The notes beneath the pieces were generated by a model, which did no database searches, was not told where the DNA came from, and saw only the letters and a list, made by a program, of their open reading frames with translations. DNA of 64,000 bases, taken from the IMG/VR virus record IMGVR_UViG_3300042892_003674; one strand, 5' to 3'. Origin of the DNA: a virus. Lineage: Duplodnaviria > Heunggongvirae > Uroviricota > Caudoviricetes. Made by a program: the position numbers and the translations under genes. Positions 15,460 to 26,800 of this stretch are shown here, piece by piece (position 1 is the stretch's first letter; the number at the start of each line of letters is the position of its first letter).

Positions 15460-15828
15460 TTATTTAAGTATTTGCTCGATTTTATCATTTCTTTTAGTTG
15501 CTAAATCATCTTCAATCCATTCAATATTACCCGATAACATCCAAGTATTATCAACCATATCCGAAATCTTCTTTCTAATATTATCATCATTGAATTTAGA
15601 TTGACTTGCAACCATTGATATAACTTTTACTTTTGATCTTAGTGAAGTTTTTTCTAACTCACCTAATTCAAATTGAACATCAAATGACTTACCATCACAA
15701 GTATAATGGTTTGACCAAATACCTCTTTTAATAAATTTTATTTTTTTACTTTGATCTTTACCTATGAAGTAAAGACAAGTAGAACCCATACCTAGTATGA
15801 GTCCTATAAATATCCCTAACCAAATCAT
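15460..15828 (-). CDS. Hypothetical membrane protein with an N-terminal transmembrane helix.
   Basis: MIWLGIFIGLILGMGSTCLYFIG; 122 aa. Confidence 0.6.
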   Translation of the reverse strand: MIWLGIFIGLILGMGSTCLYFIGKDQSKKIKFIKRGIWSNHYTCDGKSFDVQFELGELEKTSLRSKVKVISMVASQSKFNDDNIRKKISDMVDNTWMLSGNIEWIEDDLATKRNDKIEQILK

Positions 15829-15829
15829 A

Positions 15830-16423
15830 TTATTTTGTTTTACGTTTTCTTCTTAATGCAATCTTGGCTTCTTTAAAAACTGAAAGTAATTCATCACTAA
15901 CTGGATTAGTCACATATTTTCTTTGAGAATAATCATAGTATCTATGAGAACTACAATCTCTAAAATTATGAATAGTTAAAATTGCTTTCATCCACTCTAA
16001 ATCAGTAGATAAATTTAAAAGATATCCTTTGTGATCAATAATGTATTTTTTGAAATTATCAATCTCAAATTTTACATTATTTAATCCGTGTAAAGTATTT
16101 GCTCTTCTTTTCACATCTTTCTCTAATGTAGGATACATACTTACTATTGTTAGTACTGCATTATCCATTGGGTCTAATTGATCTAATAAAGATTTTAATT
16201 GAAGATCTCTCTCATTACTAACTTTAGTTTGATCTACTCTTGCTTTATAATCAACAAGTGTACCAGACTCACTAACTTCAAAAATTTGATAAGTCATTCT
16301 TGCAGCATAACTGTTTTCAAAATCTTGTCTTGAAATTATTCTTTTTATATTATTTAAAAAGGTTGTTTCGGATCTATAGACAGAATCACCTAATACAAAT
16401 ATTTTATTTCTCTTCTTCGCCAT
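15830..16423 (-). CDS. Hypothetical protein.
   Basis: 197 aa. Confidence 0.65.
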   Translation of the reverse strand: MAKKRNKIFVLGDSVYRSETTFLNNIKRIISRQDFENSYAARMTYQIFEVSESGTLVDYKARVDQTKVSNERDLQLKSLLDQLDPMDNAVLTIVSMYPTLEKDVKRRANTLHGLNNVKFEIDNFKKYIIDHKGYLLNLSTDLEWMKAILTIHNFRDCSSHRYYDYSQRKYVTNPVSDELLSVFKEAKIALRRKRKTK

Positions 16424-16712
16424 TTAATATATTTTTTAATCTATTTTCTCTTAATTCTTTAACAATAAAACTTTTATCCTTATTAAACTCGTAGTAGTAA
16501 CGAAATTTATAAGCATTTAAAATAGTATGTAGTTGGTCTTTATTTGCCTTATGAAGGTTCTTAATAATACCCTCTTCGACATTTTTGAAAGTAGCTGCTT
16601 CTATATTAGAAGAAAAATTCTTGGCTCTAATTGCAAAGTCTTGTAAATCTAATATGTCTTTTTGAAGATTCTCTAATCTTTCAATAATTACTTCTGATAT
16701 ATCTCCTTTCAT
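16404..16712 (-). CDS. Hypothetical protein.
   Basis: 102 aa. Confidence 0.55.
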   Translation of the reverse strand: MKGDISEVIIERLENLQKDILDLQDFAIRAKNFSSNIEAATFKNVEEGIIKNLHKANKDQLHTILNAYKFRYYYEFNKDKSFIVKELRENRLKNILNGEEEK

Positions 16713-18547
16713 TATGATAATAAGTTTTCTAATTCTTCTACTGTTAAGATTACAACTCCAAGAGAGATAGCTTTCGTTTCTTTACTTGAGCCCGAACCTT
16801 TTGATTTCATTACTAAGTATGTTGTAGTTTTGGATACAGAACCAGCAACTTTACCACCACGTGATTCAATTACTTCTTCTAAATCTTTTCTACGAACACC
16901 AGTAAATACAAATGATTTACCTTCTAAATCTGTGCCAACTTTTACTGTTTCTACTTTCTCTACAATTTTTACAGGAAGATTTCCTACAAATGTAAAGAAA
17001 TTATCGTAATTATCCACAAAAACTTTTGCAGAAATTTCAGCAAATCCTTCAATCTCCATAACTTGGTCAACTGTAGGTTTAGTTGTAAAGTGTTCTAATA
17101 AAGCTAACTTCTTACTACCTAATCCTTTGAACAAGCCTGTGGCGTGTTGAAGTTTAGATAGTTGAACATCAGTAACCGATTTTTGAATTGAGTTATAAAC
17201 AATCTGAGCTTTTCTTTTACCAAATCTGTCAATCTTCTCTAATTGATCTGTAGTAACATTTAAAATGTCTTCGATAGTTTTATAACCAGCATCCCATAAT
17301 TGAGTGATGATACCTTCTGACACATTGTCTGCTTCTAAGATTTCAAAGAACGCAATATTTTGTCTTATCTTTTGATCGTCAGTCTCAGTCAAAGTAACTA
17401 ACTCAATACCATTTTCATTCCATTCGATTTCAGTACCGTCAACAACTGGCATAACAAAGTCAACAGTTTCTAATACTTCAACAATCAATGGAATAACCAT
17501 ACCACTTCTCTTAACTACAACTTTCGCACCAATTCCTAAACCCATATCTTTTACGAATTTAGCATTGTTACCAGTTACGTTAGAAACAGTAACACCGTCT
17601 AATTTAATTGGAGTAATATGTAAAACAGGTTTTAAGAGTCCGTGTTTAGAGATATTCCAAGAAATACCTAATACTGTCGCCTCTGCTTTTTGTTCAAAGG
17701 AGTCGTGTTTAAATGCTCTTGCGTAACAAGGATTGTTAGAAGAAGTCTCACGACCTAGACTATTTTGTAAGTTAAGATCATTTACTTCAAGAATTATACC
17801 ATCGATTTCATAATCAGTAGACCATCTTTTGAATAACTCTACTAAAAAGTCTTCTGTAATATCTTTGGCGATAAATAAATGATAGTTTACTTTAACTTCT
17901 TGACCAGTGTTTAATATATCCAATATGTCTGACTTAGTTCTAAAGTTAAATCCTTCATTTGGTATAGCACCATATTTAATAAATTGTAAATCTTTTAGGG
18001 GTTCAGTTACCTCTTTTGAGTTAAGTAAGCCAGCAACTAAGTTTCTTGGATTGGCAAACTCTGTTGAATATTTATCAATAAAAACTTGTTTAGGCATGAT
18101 AACCTCACCGTAAGTATATGTGAATGGATCACTTTTTAAAGATAAGTGATTTTTTATTAGTTTGTAGTGTTCATCTGACTTCTGGCCGAACTCACCATCG
18201 CCTCTAGTCCAGGTATTTGTATTGATTTCGTCATGACATAAAGAAAGTCCATCATATTTTGGAGTACATACAATTTCGGTATTCGGATTGATACCTTTTA
18301 ATCTTAACCATGTGTGTATGTCTTCAATGGTTTTAATTTTATTCATAGAAGCCATATCGATAGGTAATCTTGACTTTCTTGTTTCATCAAGAACTTCAAT
18401 TCCTACTTTTGAAAAAATTTCATTTTCTGGATCATATGAATATAATAATTCAAGTAATGAATCATACTCTTTATCAGACATAATTTCATTACCAGTTCTA
18501 TAAGCGATATTTGCTTCTTCTAATTTTGTTACTATTCTATCTATCAT
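16712..18547 (-). CDS. ligA: NAD-dependent DNA ligase (LigA).
   Basis: KYDG adenylation motif without the Arg seen in ATP ligases, OB and HhH regions, and a C-terminal BRCT (KSFVFTGVRRKDLEEVIESRGGKV); 611 aa. Confidence 0.85.
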   Translation of the reverse strand: MIDRIVTKLEEANIAYRTGNEIMSDKEYDSLLELLYSYDPENEIFSKVGIEVLDETRKSRLPIDMASMNKIKTIEDIHTWLRLKGINPNTEIVCTPKYDGLSLCHDEINTNTWTRGDGEFGQKSDEHYKLIKNHLSLKSDPFTYTYGEVIMPKQVFIDKYSTEFANPRNLVAGLLNSKEVTEPLKDLQFIKYGAIPNEGFNFRTKSDILDILNTGQEVKVNYHLFIAKDITEDFLVELFKRWSTDYEIDGIILEVNDLNLQNSLGRETSSNNPCYARAFKHDSFEQKAEATVLGISWNISKHGLLKPVLHITPIKLDGVTVSNVTGNNAKFVKDMGLGIGAKVVVKRSGMVIPLIVEVLETVDFVMPVVDGTEIEWNENGIELVTLTETDDQKIRQNIAFFEILEADNVSEGIITQLWDAGYKTIEDILNVTTDQLEKIDRFGKRKAQIVYNSIQKSVTDVQLSKLQHATGLFKGLGSKKLALLEHFTTKPTVDQVMEIEGFAEISAKVFVDNYDNFFTFVGNLPVKIVEKVETVKVGTDLEGKSFVFTGVRRKDLEEVIESRGGKVAGSVSKTTTYLVMKSKGSGSSKETKAISLGVVILTVEELENLLS

Positions 18548-18616
18548 AATTATTATATTTTTACAAATATACGAATTTTATTTTAAATAACAAATAAACC
18601 ATTAAAGAAAACTGAC

Positions 18617-18632
18617 AATTTAATATATACTA
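18617..18632 (+). promoter_or_regulatory. Upstream motif CAATTTAATATATACT.
   Basis: 20 nt before the ATG at 18652. Confidence 0.4.
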
Positions 18633-18651
18633 AAAAATCAAAAATCATAAA

Positions 18652-21600
18652 ATGGTTCAAAGTTCATTTCCAAAAGTAGCGGATCAAATAATAACGTATA
18701 ATAAAAATATTGTTGAAATTTTATCTAAGATCAATTCTTTAACGACAACAACAGATTCTTCTGTTACTCTTCAAGTATATGATGAGAATGGTGTATTGAG
18801 AAATTTTACATTACCTTCTTTTACATCATTAAAAGCAGATATTGATAGATTAAATAATAATATTAATTCGCTTTATAGTATTGATGCAGCAGGTGCTTTA
18901 ATTCAAACCTCAACACAAAATAAATACAAAAAGATTATTACAGTTGATTTGAATAGAGATCCTACTCCAATTGGAAGTTTGGGTACTTTAAGTACTTTTA
19001 AATCTTCTGCCAATTGGTTTTTCGATTCACTTATGGATCCTATGGTTTCTGTAGAACTTGACTTATCGGGTAAAATAGAAGATAATGTTAGAAAGTGTTT
19101 AATTAGACGATATATTGTAGATTTTGCAAAAAACGCTGATGGTTCTTTTACTACATTAGGACAATCTGCACTTAATAGTTATAATCAATTATTTAGATCG
19201 AATGCAAATATTATTATATCGGAATTTGAAAACTGGTATACTACTACTACTGGATTATTAAATCCAACTAATCCTAAGTATGATGAACAAATGTTTGATT
19301 TAGAACCTAACAACTTACTATATGATGGTCAATTTAGTGTTTTAAGAATACAAGAAGATAGATTGAATAGAAAACTTTGGTATGTTCTAGACACTTTAGA
19401 TTATTTAGTAGTTGATACAAATTCAACTAGAAAGCTATCTATTGGAGATGAGGTTATTATAAATTCAGAAAAAACATCAACAAGATATAAAATATTAGAA
19501 GTTTCTACTGCAGAATCTAATCCAAGAATTAGAGTGGAAAGAGTTGAGGGTATCGAACCAATTCCGGTTGGAATTGGAACTTTGAAGATCTATTCATCTG
19601 TTATCTATACTAAGAGGGTTAGAGTAAGTGTTGGTTATAATGAAAGAAATGTTCTTTTTGTTAAACCAGTAAATGCTGATAATAATCTAGTTGCAAAAAA
19701 ATGGAGTTTAGGTACTGGTTATTATACAAATGATTTGAGACTTACTTCTGATTCTAGTGCAAATGGATTATCAATGGAACAATTCTATATTGATTACGTT
19801 TATGATTATGGTGTTGTTCTACAAGATTTAGTTGCAAAGAAAACACCAAACTCATTGGCAGGGACACCTGGATCACCAGTACTTGCATTGGATAACTTTA
19901 AAGTAGTTCAAATAAATAAACACCTTACAGATACACCAGACTCTAACTTAGTTAAACAAAAACATAATTATCAATTGTCTTTGAAGTCAGAGATACAACA
20001 ATTACAAGAAGCTATTTTATCAAGAAATAAAGCAGCAAAATTTACTAAGTTTAAATCAGACTCTGCAAAAAAACAAGCGGATTTAGAAGTTGAAGAACTA
20101 ACAAATAAGAAAGATAGTAAAAGTAAATTACTTGCTTCTGTTACTCAAGAAGTTATTGACTTGTCTAAGGATCCAAAAAATAAAGTTGCACCTAAATTTA
20201 GTGTAAGAGGTTTCTGGACAATTCCAAGTGCAGTAGTTACTACTGGTACTAAACCTCAAGAAATTGTACAATTTAGAATACAATATAGATATACTAGTAA
20301 AGATGGTAGAGAAGCACCTGTAGATACATTTACAATTACAGATTCTCAAAGTAAGGCTTCTTTTTCTAACTGGACAGAATTTAAAACTGATGCAAGAAAG
20401 AGAGAGTATAACACTTCAACAGGTGAATATACTTGGGCTATTGAGGATGTTACTAGTGCAGATACTCCAAATATTAATCAAATAGATATTCCGATACAAT
20501 CTAATGAAAGAGTTGATATTAGAATTAAATCTATATCAGAAGTAGGATGGCCCGAGTCTGCGGTTGAATCGGACTGGTCTGAGATTATTACAATTGATTT
20601 CCCAGATGATCTAAATACGATTGCAAATGAAAATGATTTTATTTTAACAACTGCAACTAAAGAGGATTTAAAAATAAGTATGAATTCTGAGTTGTCTGCA
20701 AAAGGTTTAGATAATCACTTAGCAGATACAGTAACCGTAAATAATGTTACGTTCCATCATGATGCGAAAAAGATTTTATCTGGTTTCCAAGATGAGAATG
20801 GTGTTTCATTAGATTTGTATGTGTATATACAAAAGTTATCTGATAGAATTACATCATTAGAAGAGAAAATTACAAGAGCTAAAGGTGAACTACAAATTAT
20901 TATTCTTAGAAATAATCAAGAGTTTATAGTAAATAATGGTTCTGAGACAACATTTAATGTTGAATGTGAAGACTATTGTACTTTATTTAATGGTCAAGGT
21001 GCACCAACTGGTAGAGTTTATGAAAATAATATTTATGTTATTAAAGATTTTGTTATGAAAATTAAAAATAATGCAAAGGAATCATTACTAGGTTTACTAT
21101 CTAATAGAACTTATTTACAAAGTAGTTCTGTGTATAATACACAAGCACCTCAAAGTTTTTGGGTAAATAATCAAGACGAGTTATTGACAAATGATGTTAT
21201 TGAAACTAGTCAAACAAGAACACACTTAGATAATCAATTTGTTTGGCAAATGAATTATGATTCTATTACACAGAATACTGTGGCAAAATTATCTGAAAAT
21301 ATAGGTAATACATTTGATAATCCGACAGTAAATTCAAACTCTATAACAAATATACTTTCAACAAGTGATTATAATGTTGGTTATAATGAATCAAGTATTC
21401 TAAAATTTATTGGTAATAATAAATCCTTATTAGACCCTGCAAAATGGAATGATGTAACTGTATCAATTGCATCAACAACCAAATTCTTAACAACTATACA
21501 TCCAGTGGTTAAAAGTTTAGAGAATATACAAGAGAATAATAGTGATAAGGTTAAAACAGTAAATGTTGGTGATAAAAATTCTATTATAATTCCATTAAAT

Positions 21601-21858
21601 ATTTATTTTAAACTTAATTCATTAGATAATAGTCAAACTGGATTAAACTATCAATATATTGATCTTAATAATTCAACAAAAACGGTAAAACATGTTAAGA
21701 AAATTAAATTCTTCTTAGAAAATGAGGCAGAAAATAGACCATTTATATTTACATTAAAATTTAACTTAAATAGAAATAAAGTTATTGTAAGAAAATTCAA
21801 CTCAACTGGTGGTAGTCCAGCATATATAGATGATTGGTCAACATCAAGTAAAAAATAA
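18652..21858 (+). CDS. Large hypothetical virion-structural candidate.
   Basis: 1068 aa, Asn/Thr/Ser-rich, no enzymatic motifs. Confidence 0.85.
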   Translation: MVQSSFPKVADQIITYNKNIVEILSKINSLTTTTDSSVTLQVYDENGVLRNFTLPSFTSLKADIDRLNNNINSLYSIDAAGALIQTSTQNKYKKIITVDLNRDPTPIGSLGTLSTFKSSANWFFDSLMDPMVSVELDLSGKIEDNVRKCLIRRYIVDFAKNADGSFTTLGQSALNSYNQLFRSNANIIISEFENWYTTTTGLLNPTNPKYDEQMFDLEPNNLLYDGQFSVLRIQEDRLNRKLWYVLDTLDYLVVDTNSTRKLSIGDEVIINSEKTSTRYKILEVSTAESNPRIRVERVEGIEPIPVGIGTLKIYSSVIYTKRVRVSVGYNERNVLFVKPVNADNNLVAKKWSLGTGYYTNDLRLTSDSSANGLSMEQFYIDYVYDYGVVLQDLVAKKTPNSLAGTPGSPVLALDNFKVVQINKHLTDTPDSNLVKQKHNYQLSLKSEIQQLQEAILSRNKAAKFTKFKSDSAKKQADLEVEELTNKKDSKSKLLASVTQEVIDLSKDPKNKVAPKFSVRGFWTIPSAVVTTGTKPQEIVQFRIQYRYTSKDGREAPVDTFTITDSQSKASFSNWTEFKTDARKREYNTSTGEYTWAIEDVTSADTPNINQIDIPIQSNERVDIRIKSISEVGWPESAVESDWSEIITIDFPDDLNTIANENDFILTTATKEDLKISMNSELSAKGLDNHLADTVTVNNVTFHHDAKKILSGFQDENGVSLDLYVYIQKLSDRITSLEEKITRAKGELQIIILRNNQEFIVNNGSETTFNVECEDYCTLFNGQGAPTGRVYENNIYVIKDFVMKIKNNAKESLLGLLSNRTYLQSSSVYNTQAPQSFWVNNQDELLTNDVIETSQTRTHLDNQFVWQMNYDSITQNTVAKLSENIGNTFDNPTVNSNSITNILSTSDYNVGYNESSILKFIGNNKSLLDPAKWNDVTVSIASTTKFLTTIHPVVKSLENIQENNSDKVKTVNVGDKNSIIIPLNIYFKLNSLDNSQTGLNYQYIDLNNSTKTVKHVKKIKFFLENEAENRPFIFTLKFNLNRNKVIVRKFNSTGGSPAYIDDWSTSSKK

Positions 21859-21867
21859 TAGTTTAAA

Positions 21868-24800
21868 TTGAAAAGTTTTGGTTTATTAAGAACAAATGTT
21901 GGATTGACAACAAATATTAAGGTTATGGTTGATACTAGTTATAAACTAAGTTTAGATAGTATTGAATCTGATCCTAACTTATCTTTTGATAAATTTAAGA
22001 AGGTTAGTTTTACTAAAGATAACTACTATGATGAGTTGATACCATACTTTTACAAAACTTTACCGGCAGATACTGCATTTTCAATTAAGTATGAAAATGA
22101 TGTTGATACAATGTCAAATGATTTTAAAAATCAATATGATGAATTGTATAGTTATGGAGCTCGTAATATAGTTAATAATAAAAACTATACTGAAGAGTAT
22201 GAATATTTTGCACCTTTATACATTACTAAAAATCATTTACCTAAAAACTTTATTATTTTTAGAGTTGATGGTTCTGGTATAGGGACTACAGATAGAAATA
22301 ACTTTAATACGGAAATAATTAAAAAATTAAAGACAGTTAAATTATTTGATTTAAGTAAGCAAAGTGTATTGGGTGAGTGGTTAGGAAAGAATTTTATAGA
22401 TAATAAATATTTCCCAGATTCTCCATTGGATATAGATTTTAGAAATTTGGAATTTTGTAGATGGAATGGTATAGATTATCAGAATGGTGGATATACATAT
22501 AAATCTTTATTTATTGATGATATATTAGACGAGGAAAAAGAAATATTTGAACTTGAGAAGTTTATATTTGACTCTTATAAAAATAACAAAGTTGTTTTTC
22601 CTAATATATTAAACTTCTCGTTTTTATTCGATGATAAACCATCAACACCCGAAATTAAAAGAAAATGGTCTATAAATAGATATTATGGATTTTACTTAAA
22701 TGATTTAGAATTGATTAAAACGGTTTCACCTTATTTATCAGTACCTTTACGTAGTGATATTATTGTTACTCAAAATAGTAGTAATACTGGAATATCAAAT
22801 ATAATTTACTCACCAAGTAATGACAATCCATTTCTTCAAGAATGGTCAAGTAAAAAACCATTTTATGTAGAATATAATGGAAATTATTATAAAGTAGAAC
22901 AATTTACTGAAACTATTTCAAATCAATTAGTTAAAATTAATAATCCATTAAGTAATACCGAAAGTAGAATGTCAAAAGATTTGGGATTTAGTTCATCAAA
23001 ATATAATCCAAATGCGAGTGTTATAAAAAAATCAGTTACGACAAATACTAAATCCGCAGTAGAGGATTTTACAGATGTTATTGTTACAAAATATAAAATA
23101 ATAACTGACTTAAATTTAACTGGCTTAACTGCATCTAGTTTTAACCAAAATTATGCAGAGATTGATACTACTAATAAACTAATTACTAGTGATGGTAGTA
23201 CAATAAAAGACCTTCAAATAAATGGTTTTGATGATGCCGATGTTTGGATAATTGAAATCGATGGTATATATCATAACTTAGTTAAGATAGATAATTATAT
23301 AATGCTTAGTACAGATTATTCTTTTATTTTTAACCAAAATGACTTCATATATAAAGTTGGAGGTGAATCTACAAAAGTTAGTACGGTAGTTGATTTCAAT
23401 AATGAACCTAAGAAGTTTTCAATTTATAAATTAAATTTCTCTGATATAAAAGATTTTGATACAAGAATTGTTGATACTGATTATTCAAAATATGAATATG
23501 AGGAGTCTACAAATATTACTTCTACTGATGAGACAAAAATGTATTTAGAAGATATAAGAAGTTTAACTGACCCTATAAATTTAGATGATTTTAGTTATCA
23601 AAATAGAATAGTTAATATACCAACATCTTCCGAATATACTGCTAATTATGAGACATTTAAAATAGATGGTAATGATTTATCTGAAATATGGAGAAAAAAT
23701 CCGGTTTATTGTAAATGGGGATTTCATAAATCACTTTCTGCAAATGATTTACCATACTCATTAAATAACTCTTTAATTTTTGAGGACTTTAATAGAACGG
23801 CCAATATTTATGAACCATTTCCAATAAGATCTGAAAGAAATTTAGATTATTTTTATACAATAAACTCGGCATCATCTTCTTATGTTTATCATAGTTTACA
23901 TGTGCAAAATTTAGATAGTAATAATAATATAGATACTACATTTAAGTTTGAATTAAATAAGTATTTAAACTTTACATATTCTTATTTTGATAGTGTTACT
24001 TCAACAACACAGTCAACAACATCATATCCATATGACTATTTTACATATCTATTTAGTAAATCTAGTAAATTATTTAATGGTAAAATTAAAGAGAATTCTA
24101 ATAAATATTCGTATTTTAATGTAGGTGATGAGTCAGTACCAAATCATACTTTATTTAGAGGTATAAAATTTGATATTTATGAAGTTGATAGTATCAAGAT
24201 CAATACAAATAATCAAATTGATAAAATCAATATAAAATCATCTAATTTATTTGATGATTATAAATTTTCGGTTTTACTATCTGACAATAACTCTACACCA
24301 ATATTTGATACTAGTGATACTAGTAAAGTAATTGGTCTTACCGCTTCAGATAGTAAACTTATTTGGAATGTTATTGATGAATGGAAAATGGATAAACAAT
24401 ATGTATATGGTGGAACAGGTTGGGCAAATGCAATAAAAGTTTTACATGATGATATTCTATACTTTAGAAATTCTTCAAGTACTACTAATAATCCAATATT
24501 TGCAACATATGGTATTACAATACCGTCTGCGCCTTACACACAAAGATGGAGTTATAACAATGATAGAAATAGTGTTTTTTGGTCACCATTAGTAATGGGA
24601 TATAGTTCTGCAATAAGTGGTGCAAGTCCATCAGTTGTATATAATTCGGGAGAATATTATTATTGTGCATCGGAATCCAATACTATTGATTTTTGGAACC
24701 CAGCAAAATCTATTACAACCGGTTATACAACTGCATCAATAGTTATCTATAAAAATAATTATTATACATCATTAGTTGATAATAATTACTTCAAACCAAC

Positions 24801-26067
24801 TATGAATACTTGGACTATGTCTTCGGGTACTCCATCAAAATGGGAATTAGTAGAGTCTTGGAATTCAACTAAACAATACTATTATGATGGTACATTTTCT
24901 GGTAATGTTGTTTATAATAATAATATTTATAAATTATCTTGGGTATCTGCAAGTGCTAGTATTTTTGTATTACCTGGTATCAATCCAATACAATCAAACT
25001 ATTGGGTAGAAAGAAGGGATAGATCATTTAATTCAGTTGCGGGTACAAATTCAATAATTAGATTAAATAATAGATATAATATTTTAGTTGGTGGTGGACA
25101 ATCTACTCCTTCTAATCTTAATAATGGTATTGTTATTTACATCAATAAGAAGTGGAAGAATGTATTAGTAAATATAAACATAAGTGATGGTACAACACCA
25201 AATATATCTAATTCAAATAGAGATAGTTTATATAATGATATAAATCAAAAGCTAACTGCTGCAAATTTTACAAATGCAATAAATGATATTACTAATAAAT
25301 ATGGATTTAGTAACTATCTATCATATATTATTATTGATGAAAATAATAATATTAAAAGATACAGTTATTCACCGATTGATGGTGGTAGTATAAAAGATTT
25401 ACCATATATACTAAAGTGTGAAGAGCCAGATAAATTAGATGTTAAAGTGAATTCATTATTTAAAAGAGCGGTTGAACTTCCAAATACACTAAATCCAATT
25501 AAAAAATTGGATGCGGGAAGAATAGTGGATATAACAGAATTAAATTATTATAATAATATTCCAGTTGCTGCTAATATTATTGAAAATCAATATCCACCTA
25601 AAGTTTTTGAGAACTATCATGGTAATAAAAATATTATCTCAAACGAAATACATAGATTTAGTGGTTATTATAGTCCTGTCTTTTATGATATTCAATTATT
25701 TGAAAGAGATTCTAATGGAATACCATCGGGTGGTAATTATAAATTTGATACTTTATTAAATAATTTTGGTTTAATGAGAGAAAGAAAGATCAGAAAAATC
25801 AACAGAAAAGGAAACATATTAAGATTGGGTAACATAAATGATGAAAAGTCAATATATCCAATGTTAGATGAGTTTGGATATTCTATTTATGACTTTTTTA
25901 TATTCTCATCAACTTGGGATTTAAAGTATTATTTAGAAACCGTTTCTAATAGTAAAAATAAAGATTATTTACAAAAATATACTGCGGATGAAAATGTAAT
26001 AAATACATTTGATATTACGACACCAATTGTAATACCATCTTTTATAGGAAAAACACAAGATAATTAA
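21868..26067 (+). CDS. Large hypothetical virion-structural candidate.
   Basis: 1399 aa; Asn/Tyr/Ser-rich. Confidence 0.85.
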   Translation: MKSFGLLRTNVGLTTNIKVMVDTSYKLSLDSIESDPNLSFDKFKKVSFTKDNYYDELIPYFYKTLPADTAFSIKYENDVDTMSNDFKNQYDELYSYGARNIVNNKNYTEEYEYFAPLYITKNHLPKNFIIFRVDGSGIGTTDRNNFNTEIIKKLKTVKLFDLSKQSVLGEWLGKNFIDNKYFPDSPLDIDFRNLEFCRWNGIDYQNGGYTYKSLFIDDILDEEKEIFELEKFIFDSYKNNKVVFPNILNFSFLFDDKPSTPEIKRKWSINRYYGFYLNDLELIKTVSPYLSVPLRSDIIVTQNSSNTGISNIIYSPSNDNPFLQEWSSKKPFYVEYNGNYYKVEQFTETISNQLVKINNPLSNTESRMSKDLGFSSSKYNPNASVIKKSVTTNTKSAVEDFTDVIVTKYKIITDLNLTGLTASSFNQNYAEIDTTNKLITSDGSTIKDLQINGFDDADVWIIEIDGIYHNLVKIDNYIMLSTDYSFIFNQNDFIYKVGGESTKVSTVVDFNNEPKKFSIYKLNFSDIKDFDTRIVDTDYSKYEYEESTNITSTDETKMYLEDIRSLTDPINLDDFSYQNRIVNIPTSSEYTANYETFKIDGNDLSEIWRKNPVYCKWGFHKSLSANDLPYSLNNSLIFEDFNRTANIYEPFPIRSERNLDYFYTINSASSSYVYHSLHVQNLDSNNNIDTTFKFELNKYLNFTYSYFDSVTSTTQSTTSYPYDYFTYLFSKSSKLFNGKIKENSNKYSYFNVGDESVPNHTLFRGIKFDIYEVDSIKINTNNQIDKINIKSSNLFDDYKFSVLLSDNNSTPIFDTSDTSKVIGLTASDSKLIWNVIDEWKMDKQYVYGGTGWANAIKVLHDDILYFRNSSSTTNNPIFATYGITIPSAPYTQRWSYNNDRNSVFWSPLVMGYSSAISGASPSVVYNSGEYYYCASESNTIDFWNPAKSITTGYTTASIVIYKNNYYTSLVDNNYFKPTMNTWTMSSGTPSKWELVESWNSTKQYYYDGTFSGNVVYNNNIYKLSWVSASASIFVLPGINPIQSNYWVERRDRSFNSVAGTNSIIRLNNRYNILVGGGQSTPSNLNNGIVIYINKKWKNVLVNINISDGTTPNISNSNRDSLYNDINQKLTAANFTNAINDITNKYGFSNYLSYIIIDENNNIKRYSYSPIDGGSIKDLPYILKCEEPDKLDVKVNSLFKRAVELPNTLNPIKKLDAGRIVDITELNYYNNIPVAANIIENQYPPKVFENYHGNKNIISNEIHRFSGYYSPVFYDIQLFERDSNGIPSGGNYKFDTLLNNFGLMRERKIRKINRKGNILRLGNINDEKSIYPMLDEFGYSIYDFFIFSSTWDLKYYLETVSNSKNKDYLQKYTADENVINTFDITTPIVIPSFIGKTQDN

Positions 26068-26069
26068 AA

Positions 26070-26768
26070 ATGAGAAGAAGTTATATATCACCTGAATATC
26101 AGAATAGGGCAGTTTATGGAACATTAAATATGGTTGAGGAGAGTACTTTCTTTGGTGCTAAAATGCTTGAGGTAGAAGACTCTATAATAATAGATAATCA
26201 AGATATTATATATTATCAAAGAACTAATGGAGAGCAGTTAGATGTTTCTGTTGAAACATCATTAGACTCGTATGTTTATTCACCAGGTGGTAATAATGGA
26301 GATAAGTTTAAAAATCATACCTTAGTCATTGATACTACACAACCAAAATTTCAACTAGATAATAATACTAGATGGATACTAACTATTGATCTAAAAACAA
26401 TACTTACTAATTATTTATTTGCAACACTTAAAAAGTATAGAACTTTTGAAGGTGTTAAGAATGATATGACAATGTTTAATGATGTGAACGTTGCAGTGAC
26501 TAGTTATGTACGTTCAAATGTTTTAGATAGATATAAGTATAAAAGTGTGGAACTTTATGTAAGATACCAAGATTTAAGAAATCAGAACTTACTTAGATAT
26601 AATAATACGTGGTCAACTAATATAATAGATCCTACTTATAAACTAATTAAGATACAAACTGAAACAGAGTTTGATCAATCTTCAATTAAAATAATGTTTA
26701 ATCAAGAAAAACCAAGTTCTTCTTATAAATTTGACTATTACTTTAACATTTTATTTGAAAAAATATAA
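26070..26768 (+). CDS. Hypothetical protein.
   Basis: 232 aa, tightly packed after the previous CDS. Confidence 0.7.
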   Translation: MRRSYISPEYQNRAVYGTLNMVEESTFFGAKMLEVEDSIIIDNQDIIYYQRTNGEQLDVSVETSLDSYVYSPGGNNGDKFKNHTLVIDTTQPKFQLDNNTRWILTIDLKTILTNYLFATLKKYRTFEGVKNDMTMFNDVNVAVTSYVRSNVLDRYKYKSVELYVRYQDLRNQNLLRYNNTWSTNIIDPTYKLIKIQTETEFDQSSIKIMFNQEKPSSSYKFDYYFNILFEKI

Positions 26769-26784
26769 ACCTTATCATTTAATT

Positions 26785-26800
26785 ACTTATAATATATAGT
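26785..26800 (+). promoter_or_regulatory. Upstream motif ACTTATAATATATAGT.
   Basis: Ends at the ATG at 26801. Confidence 0.4.

Noticed and set aside
16712-18547. An intein inside ligA or tyrS.
   Set aside because: Both proteins have normal lengths and contiguous motifs. The only Hint domain found is at 46098..46538.
20128-20349. Short antisense ORFs inside large genes (20128..20349, 25565..25759, 41169..41414, 43095..43528, 45190..46067, 47608..47790, 50252..50455, 51052..51246 and others).
   Set aside because: They are fully embedded in long, well-supported CDSs. AT-rich antisense frames are commonly open by chance.
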